Origin: an uncultured Spirochaetaceae bacterium
GTDB taxonomy: Bacteria; Spirochaetota; Spirochaetia; Treponematales; Treponemataceae
Assembly: GCA_902792795.1 (NCBI GenBank)
Contig: CADBBB010000006.1
Span: 22,200-86,199 of the forward strand
Direction of reading: 5' to 3'
Length of the DNA: 64,000 nt
Part shown: positions 28,989 through 38,402 of the stretch, in pieces
Position numbering within the stretch: the first letter of the stretch is position 1
How the letters are laid out: each line of letters opens with the position of its first letter
Notes under the pieces: generated by a model
Told to the model about the DNA's origin: nothing
What the model saw: the letters and a program-made list of their open reading frames with translations, nothing else
Database searches by the model: none
Made by a program: the position numbers and the translations under genes

Positions 28989-29678
28989 GGCCTTTTTCTT
29001 CATCATCTCGCTAACGGTGACGGGGCTGGTGCCCGAAAGCAATTGCTGTTCGGCGGCCGCGCGGTCGTCGGCCTTTTTGATGGAGCTTACGAGCTTCATG
29101 TTGTCGTAGCCAAGCGCGGGGTTCACCTGGACCGTTCCTACGCGCTTTAAGTCGCGGACGGAATTGCGAGGCAGGCACAAGATTCTGTCCACATAGTCTT
29201 CGTAGCGGATGTCGGCCTCTTCGCAAAGCGTGTGGGCCTTGATCAAAAGGCGGCCAAATTCCGCCATCATTTTTCCGTTTGGCTCCAAGTATTCAGACTT
29301 GATTTTTTTTGTAAGCTCCACCAGCTCCGGCGAAACAGAAATGTCGATTTTGTAAAAGCCCATGTCCTCGGCGATTTTTAAGAGTTCCTGGAAGCGCGCC
29401 CAAAAGGCCGCCGTGTGGCTCTTTGCGTTGGAAACGTAGTCCGGGCCGTAAAGGGCGATATCTTCCTCAGTGACCAAGTGGTGGGTGTATTCATGGACGG
29501 CGGTGTAAACCAATTCCGAATCGCTCTTAAAGTTTTTGTTGTGCAGGATTATTTCGTGCGTGTCGGGCTTGTACAAGCCGTTTACGCGCTTGCTTTCCTT
29601 TCCGCTTTGGGTCACGGTAAAGTCCAATTTGGACTCGTGGATTTTAAGCAGCATCTCTTTGATTTTGGCGTTGTCCAT
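28866..29678 (-). CDS. HEXXH zinc metalloprotease-like protein (SprT/YgjP-like) with C-terminal coiled coil
   Basis: VNGLY...TAVHEYTHH...SHTAAFWARF; start MDNAKIK at 29678. Confidence 0.65.
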   Translation of the reverse strand: MDNAKIKEMLLKIHESKLDFTVTQSGKESKRVNGLYKPDTHEIILHNKNFKSDSELVYTAVHEYTHHLVTEEDIALYGPDYVSNAKSHTAAFWARFQELLKIAEDMGFYKIDISVSPELVELTKKIKSEYLEPNGKMMAEFGRLLIKAHTLCEEADIRYEDYVDRILCLPRNSVRDLKRVGTVQVNPALGYDNMKLVSSIKKADDRAAAEQQLLSGTSPVTVSEMMKKKARAAQDDDPKTKLEKEAKRLRKTIDQLQQRLEYVEESLGNM

Positions 29679-29887
29679 AGATTGGGCTATTATAGCGCGC
29701 AAAAGGTCTTTCCGCAAGCGACGGCGACCAAGCAGCGTCCGCAAGGACGCGGCGAATCCGCTCGAAACACCAGTTAATGTTTTGCTTCCGACAACACGAG
29801 CGGCACTTGACTAATTTCTCCAATTTATGCTATATTAGACAACCACTATTTTGGAATATTATTTTTTTATTATAGGAGATATATGCC

Positions 29888-30043
29888 ATGTTGAGGACAT
29901 ATCAACCAAGCAGAATTAAGCGCAACAGAAAATTCGGTTTCCGCGCCAGAATGGCGACTAAGGGCGGACGCAAAGTATTGGCTCGCCGCCGCGCCAAGGG
30001 ACGCCACAAGCTTTCTGTTTGCGACGAGCACAAGAAGTACTAG
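29888..30043 (+). CDS. rpmH: 50S ribosomal protein L34
   Basis: Manual translation [51 protein letters not shown] (51 aa, below the ORF track cutoff); upstream TTGACT/TGnTATATT promoter. Confidence 0.97.
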   Translation: MLRTYQPSRIKRNRKFGFRARMATKGGRKVLARRRAKGRHKLSVCDEHKKY

Positions 30044-30062
30044 TTTTTAGTCTGGATTGCCT

Positions 30063-30386
30063 ATGGAAACAGGTTCGGTTCAAGGCGGAAAGTTTAAGCG
30101 CGTTGAGCGGATAAAGAGTCCGGCCGAGATAAAGAATCTGTTTAAAAACGGCGGCAGGGAAGGGGTCAAAGGGGCCAAGTTGTTTTTCGCTAAAAACGAT
30201 CTTGGCTTTAACAGAATCGCCTTTCCTTTGCCGCGCGGTTACGGAAACGCCGTTCAAAGAAACGCTTCCAAGCGCTACAGTCGCGAAGCATTGTTCTTAG
30301 TTTATCCCGGAAACGATTCGTTCAACTCAAGGTGTGTTCAATTTCGAACATTATGCAAAAAGGCAGGACTGATAAAAGATGAATAA
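30063..30386 (+). CDS. rnpA: Ribonuclease P protein component (apparently shortened internally)
   Basis: [31 protein letters not shown]; synteny rpmH-rnpA-yidD-yidC. Confidence 0.88.
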   Translation: METGSVQGGKFKRVERIKSPAEIKNLFKNGGREGVKGAKLFFAKNDLGFNRIAFPLPRGYGNAVQRNASKRYSREALFLVYPGNDSFNSRCVQFRTLCKKAGLIKDE

Positions 30387-30600
30387 ACTTTTGACAAAGT
30401 TTTTCCGCGCCGGAATCCGGCTTTATCAAGTCACAATTTCTCCGCTTTTGGGGCCGTGTTGCCGCTATTACCCTTCATGTTCGCATTACGCGATGGAGGC
30501 GATAGAAAAATACGGCGCCAGGCGGGGCTTGTCCATGTCTTTCGCAAGAATTCTTCGCTGCAACCCGCTTTGCAAAGGCGGCTACGATCCGGTTCCGTGA
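30379..30600 (+). CDS. yidD: Membrane protein insertion efficiency factor
   Basis: [26 protein letters not shown]...[17 protein letters not shown]. Confidence 0.95.
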   Translation: MNKLLTKFFRAGIRLYQVTISPLLGPCCRYYPSCSHYAMEAIEKYGARRGLSMSFARILRCNPLCKGGYDPVP

Positions 30601-30633
30601 ATCCATAGGCCATTCTAATTTGGGAGAAAAAGA

Positions 30634-32439
30634 ATGGATAGAAACACCATTATGGCCGTCGTTCTTTCGGCCTTGGTATTGATTGGCTACACAATCGTTC
30701 AGGTTAAATTTTTTCCGAAGCCTCAACAGAGCCAGGCGACGGAACAAACTGCCGCGGACGCCGCGCAAGCTGAGGGCGAGGCCGAAAAGGCCGAGGCCGC
30801 CAACGCGCAAGTTCAGTCTTTTGTTCAAGCGGAAGACACAAACGAGCCTGTCATTACAGAACAGCAGTATGTAATCGAAACAAAAAAAGCCCGCGTGACT
30901 TTCACCAACAAGGGCGGCGACATCGTAGGCTACGAGTTGCTTGACCACAAGGACAACAAGACAGGCCGCGGCGTTGAAATGGCGGAAAACGTCACCGCCT
31001 CAAACCGCGCCTTTGCCCTTAACTTTGGCGGAACGGACGGCAATATCGTCCAAGATTTGTTCGTGGCAAAAGAGTTCCCCGAAGAGAACGGCGAAAAGAA
31101 AATCGCCTTTGCCAAAAAGTATTCGGACTTTACCTTGGTAAAGCAGTACACTTTTAAAGACGACGACTACATGTTCAAGATGAATGTTGTGGTTGACGGC
31201 GGCGAAAACTTTACCGCGCTGGACTTTGCCGCAAAGAGCGGCGGCAACGCTTCGTACACTTTGAGGACGTCTCCGCAAGTTGGACCCCAGTTCAACCCAA
31301 AAGTGGACCGCTACGAAAGCCGCTCATTCATCGCGCTTAACGAAGGAAAGGGCAAGCGCATTCGCCTTGGAACAAACCAATACAAGGAATACAACAAGCC
31401 CTTCAACATCGCCGGAATCGGCGGAAAGTATTTTTGCGAGCTTGTGATTCCCGCTGAAAACGGAAACTTCCAAACGGCTTGGTATTCGACAAACGCTTCC
31501 GGCTCCGTGATGAGCGACGCGCAGGCCATGCTTGTTCGAAAGCCCACGACGCAAAAGCAGACCAACGACGTTTACTATGTTTACGTAGGACCTCGAAACG
31601 AAAAGGACCTAAAAAAATATTTGACGGCCGACGCCAACGCTTGGAAGCTTAGCGGCATCCGCTTGACGGACGCGCTTGAGTCTAGCGGCTTTTTGGGCTG
31701 GCTTGAGGCGATCCTTAAATTCATTTTGGAAACCCTTTACAAGTTTGTCCACAACTGGGGAATCAGCATCATCTTGATGACAATCATCCTCAAGATCGCC
31801 TTGTTCCCGCTTACGATGAAGTCTTCGCTTGGAACGCTCAAGATGCAGGAAATGCAGCCAAAGCTTACGGCGATTCAGAACAAGTACAAGGACAACCCGC
31901 AGATGATGCAGGCCGAGACAGCCAAGGTTTACCAAGCCGCCGGCTACAATCCGATGAGCGGCTGCCTTCCGATGATTTTCCAAATGCTCTGCTTGTTCGC
32001 GATGTACAACTTGTTCAACAACTACTTTGAGTTCCGCGGAGCCAGCTTTATCAAGGGCTGGATTGACGACCTTAGCGACGGCGACAGCGTCTACCAGCTT
32101 AAGACTTTCATTCCGCTTGTGGGAAACCATATCCGCGTTTTGCCTGTAATCTATTTGGTGTCGCAGTTGTTCTACGGAAAGATCACGCAGATGGGCGGAA
32201 CGCTCCAAAGCGCGCAAAGCTCCGGCCAGATGAAGTTTATGACTTACGGCTTGCCCTTGATTTTCTTCTTCTTGTTCTACAACGCGCCAAGCGGATTGAT
32301 TTTGTTCTGGACAGTGAGCAACGTCATTCAGATGATCCAGCAAGTGATCATCAACAAGACAAAGCTTGCCGCCTCCGCCCAAAAGTCCAACGTGGTTGAC
32401 GTAAAGGCCAAGGTTCACGGCGGCAAAAAAAGAAAATAA
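30634..32439 (+). CDS. yidC: Membrane protein insertase
   Basis: FTNKGG, YVGP, NWGISII, PMSGCLPM, WIDDLS, PSGLILFW. Confidence 0.97.
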   Translation: MDRNTIMAVVLSALVLIGYTIVQVKFFPKPQQSQATEQTAADAAQAEGEAEKAEAANAQVQSFVQAEDTNEPVITEQQYVIETKKARVTFTNKGGDIVGYELLDHKDNKTGRGVEMAENVTASNRAFALNFGGTDGNIVQDLFVAKEFPEENGEKKIAFAKKYSDFTLVKQYTFKDDDYMFKMNVVVDGGENFTALDFAAKSGGNASYTLRTSPQVGPQFNPKVDRYESRSFIALNEGKGKRIRLGTNQYKEYNKPFNIAGIGGKYFCELVIPAENGNFQTAWYSTNASGSVMSDAQAMLVRKPTTQKQTNDVYYVYVGPRNEKDLKKYLTADANAWKLSGIRLTDALESSGFLGWLEAILKFILETLYKFVHNWGISIILMTIILKIALFPLTMKSSLGTLKMQEMQPKLTAIQNKYKDNPQMMQAETAKVYQAAGYNPMSGCLPMIFQMLCLFAMYNLFNNYFEFRGASFIKGWIDDLSDGDSVYQLKTFIPLVGNHIRVLPVIYLVSQLFYGKITQMGGTLQSAQSSGQMKFMTYGLPLIFFFLFYNAPSGLILFWTVSNVIQMIQQVIINKTKLAASAQKSNVVDVKAKVHGGKKRK

Positions 32440-32456
32440 TATTTTGGGAGAAATAT

Positions 32457-33155
32457 ATGACATACGAGTACGAAGGAAAAACAGAAAAGGAAGCGATTGA
32501 AAAAGCCGCCCAGGAATTGGGATTGGAGCGCGACCAGTTTGACGTTGAGATTCTTGAAACGCAAAAGAACTCATTGTTCAAAAAAGGCTTTGTGAAAATC
32601 CGCGTTCACACCGAAGGAAACACTCCGGTCGCCGAAAAGGACTACGCCGCCGAGCCCCGCGCTCCAAGAAGCCACGTGGCCAATCCGATTCCCCAGGACG
32701 AGTTTGAGCAAAAGCTCATCGACTTTGTGACCCAGGTCATCCAGAAGATGGGCTACGAGGTTAAGGTTGAGATTATGTTCCGCGAGGAGCGAAAGATTGG
32801 AATCAAGTTGCAGTCTGAAAGCTCTTCAATTTTGATTGGCCGCAAGGGAAAGAACCTTGACGCCTTGCAGCTTTTGATGAACGTTTACGCCGGCCACCTT
32901 GGACGCGAGGACATCCGCGTGATTTTGGACACGGAAAACTACCGCATCCGCCGCGAGGAGACTTTGGTCCGCTTGGCCTACACGACGGCCGACAAGGTCC
33001 GCTCTTACAGAAAGTCAATTTTGCTTGAGCCGATGAATCCCTTTGAGCGCCGCCTTATCCACACGACTTTGAACGACATCCCGGACATTGAAACCAAATC
33101 CGAGGGAGATGGTTTATATAAGCAGGTGCGCGTTCTTTACAAGGGCGTCATCTAA
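32457..33155 (+). CDS. jag: Jag/EloR (KhpB) KH-R3H RNA-binding protein
   Basis: GKTEKEAIEKA, LIGRKGKNLDALQ, LEPMNPFERRLIH. Confidence 0.95.
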   Translation: MTYEYEGKTEKEAIEKAAQELGLERDQFDVEILETQKNSLFKKGFVKIRVHTEGNTPVAEKDYAAEPRAPRSHVANPIPQDEFEQKLIDFVTQVIQKMGYEVKVEIMFREERKIGIKLQSESSSILIGRKGKNLDALQLLMNVYAGHLGREDIRVILDTENYRIRREETLVRLAYTTADKVRSYRKSILLEPMNPFERRLIHTTLNDIPDIETKSEGDGLYKQVRVLYKGVI

Positions 33156-33164
33156 GGATTTGCA

Positions 33165-33932
33165 TTGAAATTGTTTTTGAACAAAAAGACGCTTTGGTTG
33201 GCCTGCGTGCTTGCGTTTTGCGCGGCCGCCTTTGGCCAAACAGACTCGGAGCGCCTTGAGGCCGAAAAAAATTGCAAGAGCCGCGTCCTTAGCTTTGAGG
33301 ACCGCGACTTGCGCCTTTTGCCGGCCGGCGAGTTTTCGGACGCGATTAAGAATTACGTTTTTGGCGCGTGGACGCAAAAGTGCGGCCACGCAGTCGAAAA
33401 GGTTTATACCGTTCCCAAGGAAAAGCTGGGCGCGGATTTTTCCATGCAAGACGTTGGCGCCTTGATGCGTTCCATCGGAAAAATGCAGGGAATGCTTTAC
33501 TACAGCAGAAGCGACCAGGACTGGGGCGTTTTGTACAGTTCCGCCTACAGAATAGATGGGCCAAAGGGCGACAAGGCCGCCCCCGACTTGACCGAAGGAA
33601 GCGCCGACGGAAAGACAATCTACGCCTTTATGGACGACCACACCTTTGGAAAGAGCAAGTACAAAATCACCTACAGGCAGAGCGAAAAAGAGCTTGCGAT
33701 GTTCATGGAGAACGTGTCGCCGCTATGCTACGGCCCGATAAGGGCAGTGCAAGCCGGAGGATTCAAGATGTGCGCCAACGTTATCGACGCGGGCGACAAG
33801 CTTTTGGTCTACATGTGCGACTACGCCGAATTTAAAATCCTAAGCGCGCTTAAGCAAAGGCTTAACAATTCCTTTGACGCGCGGCTTGAGGCGATTTACC
33901 TTTGGTTTGTAAAGGAGATTCATGCAAAATGA
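33165..33932 (+). CDS. Secreted spirochete conserved protein (DUF6675-like)
   Basis: Signal peptide; [31 protein letters not shown]. Confidence 0.6.
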   Translation: MKLFLNKKTLWLACVLAFCAAAFGQTDSERLEAEKNCKSRVLSFEDRDLRLLPAGEFSDAIKNYVFGAWTQKCGHAVEKVYTVPKEKLGADFSMQDVGALMRSIGKMQGMLYYSRSDQDWGVLYSSAYRIDGPKGDKAAPDLTEGSADGKTIYAFMDDHTFGKSKYKITYRQSEKELAMFMENVSPLCYGPIRAVQAGGFKMCANVIDAGDKLLVYMCDYAEFKILSALKQRLNNSFDARLEAIYLWFVKEIHAK

Positions 33933-34999
33933 AAATTTTGAATAAAAGAAATTTGTTCGCGGCTTTGGTTGGAGCGGTGTTGCTCGCTTCCGGCTGCGCC
34001 CAAAACAACAAGATGGAGAAAAAGACTATGGACGCATTGAAAGGAAAGGAAGGCGTTTTTGCCGTTCTAAAATTGCCCAAGGGCGAGGTTGCCCTTGAAC
34101 TTTTTTACAAGGACACGCCGCTGACTGTCACAAACTTTGTCGGCTTGGCCGAAGGAACGATGGACGCCGCCAAGGGAAAGCCTTTTTACGACGGACTTAA
34201 ATTCCACCGCGTAATCAGCAAGGCCAACGGCGACGACCAGGACTTTATGATTCAGGGCGGAGACCCGGAAGGAACCGGACGCGGCGGCCCCGGCTACAGA
34301 TTCGCCGACGAGATTGTAAGCAAGTACACTTTTGAAAAGAAGGGCGTTTTGGCCATGGCCAACGCGGGCCCGGGAACGAACGGAAGCCAGTTCTTTATCA
34401 CTGTCGCTCCGACAACTTGGCTTAACGGAAAGCACACGATTTTTGGAAAGGTTGTCAGCGGCCAGGATGTCGTTGACAAGACCTTGCAGGGCGACGTGAT
34501 TGAAAAGGTTACGATTGTCCGCCAGGGAAGCGACGCGGAAGCCTTTAAGGCAAGCCAAGCCGAATTTGACGCCTTGAACAAGGCCGCCGTCGAAAAGGCG
34601 CGCGAGGCCAAGGCCAAGCAGTACGAAAGCCAAATCAAGTTGATTGAGAAAAAGTGGCCGGGCTGCCAAAAGGACGAGAACGGCATTTACTACACAGTCA
34701 CCAAGGAAGGAAGCGGCGCTGTTTGCGGCGGCGGAAAGAACGTAGCCGTCCACTACAAGGGATTTTTGCTTGACGGAAGCGTCTTTGACCAGTCTGCCGG
34801 TCGCGGACCCTTGGAGTTCGCCACCGCCGGTGGCCAGATGATTCCGGGCTTTGACATTATGGTTCAGCAGATGAAGGTTGGCGAAAAGCGCACGATTCTT
34901 TTGCCGCCGGACTTGCACTACGGCGAGCGCGGATATCCGGGAGTGATTCCGCCGATGTCATACATTGGCTTTGACATTGAATTGTTGAGCGCAAAATAG
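33929..34999 (+). CDS. Cyclophilin-FKBP fusion peptidyl-prolyl isomerase lipoprotein
   Basis: Lipobox ASGC; [29 protein letters not shown]; C-terminal VHYKG..DGSVFD..MIPGF..YG..G. Confidence 0.92.
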   Translation: MKILNKRNLFAALVGAVLLASGCAQNNKMEKKTMDALKGKEGVFAVLKLPKGEVALELFYKDTPLTVTNFVGLAEGTMDAAKGKPFYDGLKFHRVISKANGDDQDFMIQGGDPEGTGRGGPGYRFADEIVSKYTFEKKGVLAMANAGPGTNGSQFFITVAPTTWLNGKHTIFGKVVSGQDVVDKTLQGDVIEKVTIVRQGSDAEAFKASQAEFDALNKAAVEKAREAKAKQYESQIKLIEKKWPGCQKDENGIYYTVTKEGSGAVCGGGKNVAVHYKGFLLDGSVFDQSAGRGPLEFATAGGQMIPGFDIMVQQMKVGEKRTILLPPDLHYGERGYPGVIPPMSYIGFDIELLSAK

Positions 35000-35019
35000 T
35001 ATACTCTTAGGGACGAACC

Positions 35020-35142
35020 GTCATTGCCCGACTCGATTGTCCGCGCTCGCAAGAGCGCAGTTGAATAAACTTCAACTAGCAAAATGGAGCGCAGCGACAT
35101 ATCGGGCAATCCTTTGACAAAAAGATTATCCGGTCAAGCCGG
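35020..35142. repeat. REP-like palindromic element carrying a nested three-hairpin insert
   Basis: GTCATTGCCCGA...TCGGGCAATCC...AGATTATCCGGTCAAGCCGG; insert at 35035-35100 is shared with 38481-38550. Confidence 0.7.
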
Positions 35143-35253
35143 TTTGCGGTTTAAATGTGTAGTTATAGCGGATGGGTTATTGGTCCGCTTATTGTCAATA
35201 AGGAAACCTTCCTACAAAAAAACAAAAATAAAAATCGCAAGGGGATTTTGTAA

Positions 35254-36465
35254 ATGAAAAAATCATTTATTTTTATTATTGTTTTATTGCTCACATTTAG
35301 TTTTTCTTTTGCTAAAGGTAGTGAAGAATTATTGCCAGAACCACTTGGTTACAATTTTGAAATAATAAATCTCAATGATTATAATGCTAAATTAAAATTT
35401 GTTGACTTTGAAAACCCATTTTTAAACCGTTTTTCAGTTTTGGTTTATTATTATAATAACAAAAATAATTCATGGGATTTTATAAAAAAAGTTGAACCGT
35501 ACTACAAAAAAGCACCAGGCTCTTCACATTCTGTTTTAATTACTAATGAAACATTAAAAATTTCATCAAGAACAAAATATATAGGAATAGGAATGTATGT
35601 AAATTCCTCTGATTTTGAAGAATCAATAATAAATAGTACATATGAAGTTTTTAATACACAAGAAAATAGTAATACACTTAATGTAAAATTATTAAATGTA
35701 ACAACTAAATCAGAATTAAAGCAGATAAAAGAATTAAACTACGGAGATGAAAGTATTGATAAGGTAAAAATTCAGTCCTTTAAAACAATATATAAAAAGA
35801 ATGAATCATCATCTTCTTATGATCAAGATGAAGACATTTTTATTATGAATGGTGATAAAGAACTTGCTCATTTTAAAAATGATTATTATTTTAAGTATTA
35901 TGGCAAAAGAAATGGCAGTCATTATTTTTCGACGAAAGCAAATATATTAGCGGACAGTGAAGAATTATATAACGATAATGGCTTAAAAGAATTCTATTCT
36001 GGATCCATTACTCATATTGGTGTTAGTGAAAAAAATGATATTGCCGTAGTAGCTTTAATCGGTGATAAGTTCTATTTGTTCAATAATCACAAAAAAGTAT
36101 TAGAATCAAAGAATAGTATATGGTATCCTACATACAGTCCTAATGGCAAAGTCCTATATTATTTTCTAGCTAATGAAAAGTCTTGGGGATATGAATTTTA
36201 TTTATGCCCTGAATTTTGTCCTAAATTATTCAGAGGCCCATGGTTACATGCTTATTCTTATACAACATTTCTGTTTTCATCAGATTCAAAATATGCAGTA
36301 ACAGAAGTCGAAAATAAGGATGGCCTTTGGTTATTATTTAATAATGCAGGTGGAAATTATTATGGTCCATATAAGTCTATAAATAAAGATTTTCATTTTA
36401 CAGAAGATTCTAAACATTTCATTTTTACTGCAGATGGTAAAACAAATGATATTTTACTAAAATAG
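35254..36465 (+). CDS. Cassette gene: secreted protein with C-terminal TolB/WD40-like propeller repeats
   Basis: Signal peptide; PTYSPNGK, FLFSSDSK, FHFTEDSK repeats; very AT-rich. Confidence 0.6.
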   Translation: MKKSFIFIIVLLLTFSFSFAKGSEELLPEPLGYNFEIINLNDYNAKLKFVDFENPFLNRFSVLVYYYNNKNNSWDFIKKVEPYYKKAPGSSHSVLITNETLKISSRTKYIGIGMYVNSSDFEESIINSTYEVFNTQENSNTLNVKLLNVTTKSELKQIKELNYGDESIDKVKIQSFKTIYKKNESSSSYDQDEDIFIMNGDKELAHFKNDYYFKYYGKRNGSHYFSTKANILADSEELYNDNGLKEFYSGSITHIGVSEKNDIAVVALIGDKFYLFNNHKKVLESKNSIWYPTYSPNGKVLYYFLANEKSWGYEFYLCPEFCPKLFRGPWLHAYSYTTFLFSSDSKYAVTEVENKDGLWLLFNNAGGNYYGPYKSINKDFHFTEDSKHFIFTADGKTNDILLK

Positions 36466-36579
36466 GAATATTGAAATTATTTTCTTATTCTTGAAAGAGA
36501 TGTTCAGAATTGTCTCGTTTATGAAGTTTTTGAAGAGGAAAAAATAGTCCTTATTTTAAGAATGTGGACAAATTATTAG
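36466..36579 (+). pseudogene. Remnant of a Txe/YoeB toxin C-terminus
   Basis: Translates to ...RDVQNCLVYEVFEEEKIVLILRMWTNY*, resembling the YoeB-family RINxQHRLVYEV...ILRMWTHY ending; upstream part is broken. Confidence 0.65.
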
Positions 36580-36586
36580 TAAGCTT

Positions 36587-37132
36587 ATGAATGAATATTT
36601 TTATAATCTTGATGAAAACGAACAAACAAAAGAGATATACGCACAATTTGGGTTGTGCGTGTATTGGTTTCAAGTTTTAGAACATCAATTAATAAATATG
36701 ATTCTTCTAAGCGCAAAGCGAAATAACTTAATGCTAAGTTCAACAGATTTTGATAATCTCTTTTATTCATACAGTGATAAATCAATGGGTGCATTAAAGA
36801 AAAAGGTTTTTGAATTATATAATTTATCTAAAGAAGATATTGATGAAATAAATTGCATACAGACAAAGAGAAATTATTATGTACATAATTATTTCAAAAA
36901 TCATTCGGAGGATTTATTTGAGATTAATAAAAAAAAGAAAATTCTTGACGAAATCATAAATACAATTGAACAAATTAAGGTAGTAGATAAAAAATTAGAG
37001 GATTTATGTGTTAATTCCCTTAATAATATTGGAATTACTCAAGATATTCTTGATTCCTTACTACTCACTATAAAAAATGATAATTTTGAGACAGATGATA
37101 ACTTGAAATTTGGAAAAAGAAATAAAACCTAA
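36587..37132 (+). CDS. Cassette gene: putative HEPN-like helical protein
   Basis: FG...FQVLE, SMGAL, and RxxxxH motif RNYYVH; stop codon lies inside the attC R'' box. Confidence 0.55.
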   Translation: MNEYFYNLDENEQTKEIYAQFGLCVYWFQVLEHQLINMILLSAKRNNLMLSSTDFDNLFYSYSDKSMGALKKKVFELYNLSKEDIDEINCIQTKRNYYVHNYFKNHSEDLFEINKKKKILDEIINTIEQIKVVDKKLEDLCVNSLNNIGITQDILDSLLLTIKNDNFETDDNLKFGKRNKT

Positions 37133-37336
37133 CAAGTAGCTCTCAAAGCCGACAACGCGGTCAAGCCGCGTTGCGGTTTAGCTACATAGCTATGTGGGCT
37201 GCCCACAGGGCAGCAATGAGGAAAAATGGAAGTTTTAACGGACAAGAATTCAAAAAGTTATTTTTATGGCTTGAATATTCTACAAAATACCGTATAATAT
37301 ATTTCGTAAAATGTTACGAAACTTTTAGAGGTGTTT

Positions 37337-37582
37337 ATGATTGCAATAAAACCAGTTTCAGATTTGCGAAATTATAATGAAGTTTTGCAGGATGTGTCAG
37401 ATGAATCTCCTGTTTTCCTGACAAAAAATGGACGTGGTTGCTATGCAGTGATTTCTATAAATGATTATGAAAAGCTTACTGCGACAAAAAAATTGTTTTC
37501 TGAGCTTAAAAAAGGAGAAGATTCTGCAAAAGAAAAAGGTTGGCTTAGTGCAAAAGATGTTCGTGCGATGGTAGGTCTTTAA
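37337..37582 (+). CDS. Phd/YefM family antitoxin
   Basis: IKPVSDLRNYNEVL...PVFLTKNGRG..AVISI..YE. Confidence 0.92.
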   Translation: MIAIKPVSDLRNYNEVLQDVSDESPVFLTKNGRGCYAVISINDYEKLTATKKLFSELKKGEDSAKEKGWLSAKDVRAMVGL

Positions 37583-37896
37583 TGTTTAACATAGAAGTTT
37601 CGCCACAGGCGTCAGAAGATTTGCTCGAAATCAAAGACTATATCGAAAATGAACTGCAGAATCCAATCGCAGCGTATAATACAGTAGAGAAAATTGTTGA
37701 AACCTACGAAGATTTAGCAAATTGTCCAGAAATTGGAATACCTGTGGAAAGATATGTTTCGTTTCCATCCGATTATAAATTTGTACTTGCAAATAATTAT
37801 TCAATTTTCTATAGAATTGAAAAGGATATTGTTAAAGTAATTAGAATAATGTATTCAAGGCGAGATTTTGTAAGAATCTTGTTTGGAGAACAATAA
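37582..37896 (+). CDS. RelE/ParE family toxin
   Basis: SPQASEDLLEIKDYI...P..A...L...PEIG...NYSIFYRI...VIRIMYSRRD; translationally coupled (TAATG). Confidence 0.92.
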   Translation: MFNIEVSPQASEDLLEIKDYIENELQNPIAAYNTVEKIVETYEDLANCPEIGIPVERYVSFPSDYKFVLANNYSIFYRIEKDIVKVIRIMYSRRDFVRILFGEQ

Positions 37897-37952
37897 ATCA
37901 TATAACACGCGCTTCAAAACCGTTTAAGCGCGTAGTTGGGCGGGAGACTTTT

Positions 37953-38402
37953 ATGGACCAAGCGCAGAAACAGCAATTTTTCACCTCGTTCAGCGAGCGG
38001 GTCAACGATGTGGTTGTAGAAGCCAAGATGGCGGAACTTACGGCGAGCGCGCGGACTTTTAGCGAGATGGGCTTGTTTCCGCAAAACAAGCAGTCGCTTT
38101 GGGGCTTGATTGTGGTTTGCTCGCGCAGCCTGTATTTTTACGTTCCCTCCGAGGAAATGGCGCTTATGTCGATGATCAGCGCGGGCGCCAGCGTAAAGAC
38201 GGTGGAGGAGCAAATCTTTTGCTTTAACAACATCGACGGCCTGCAGTTCAAGGCGCCCAAAAAGCCTTGGTTTAAATTCTTTAGCCCGGAAACAATCGAG
38301 TTTTCCTTTATCGACAACGGCCACGAAATCCGCGGCCTTTTTAACGTGGCCCAAAACGCCAACGCGCTTTTGGAAAGCATGCTAAAAGCCTACCGCGCGT
38401 AA
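37953..38402 (+). CDS. Hypothetical protein (possible PH-like fold)
   Basis: GGAG RBS, host-like codon usage, WGLIVV..SLYF. Confidence 0.55.
   Translation: MDQAQKQQFFTSFSERVNDVVVEAKMAELTASARTFSEMGLFPQNKQSLWGLIVVCSRSLYFYVPSEEMALMSMISAGASVKTVEEQIFCFNNIDGLQFKAPKKPWFKFFSPETIEFSFIDNGHEIRGLFNVAQNANALLESMLKAYRA

Larger units (their letters stand above)
35131..37941 (+). mobile_element. Integron cassette array lacking an integrase (CALIN) with three attC-like sites
   Basis: Half attC at 35131-35168 ending GTTATAG; full attC at 37127-37195 starting ACCTAAC over the stop codon; shortened attC at 37900-37941 ATATAAC...GTTGGGC; AT-rich co-oriented cargo. Confidence 0.75.

Noticed and set aside
31609-32574. 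Long antisense ORFs (also 2243..3139, 23156..23896, 34067..34918, 55385..56191)
   Set aside because: Shadow frames opposite well-supported genes, expected from biased codon usage; no motifs or RBS.
37171-37377. 68-aa ORF upstream of the antitoxin
   Set aside because: Starts inside the attC site and spans the TA promoter (TTGAAT...TATAAT); likely spurious.
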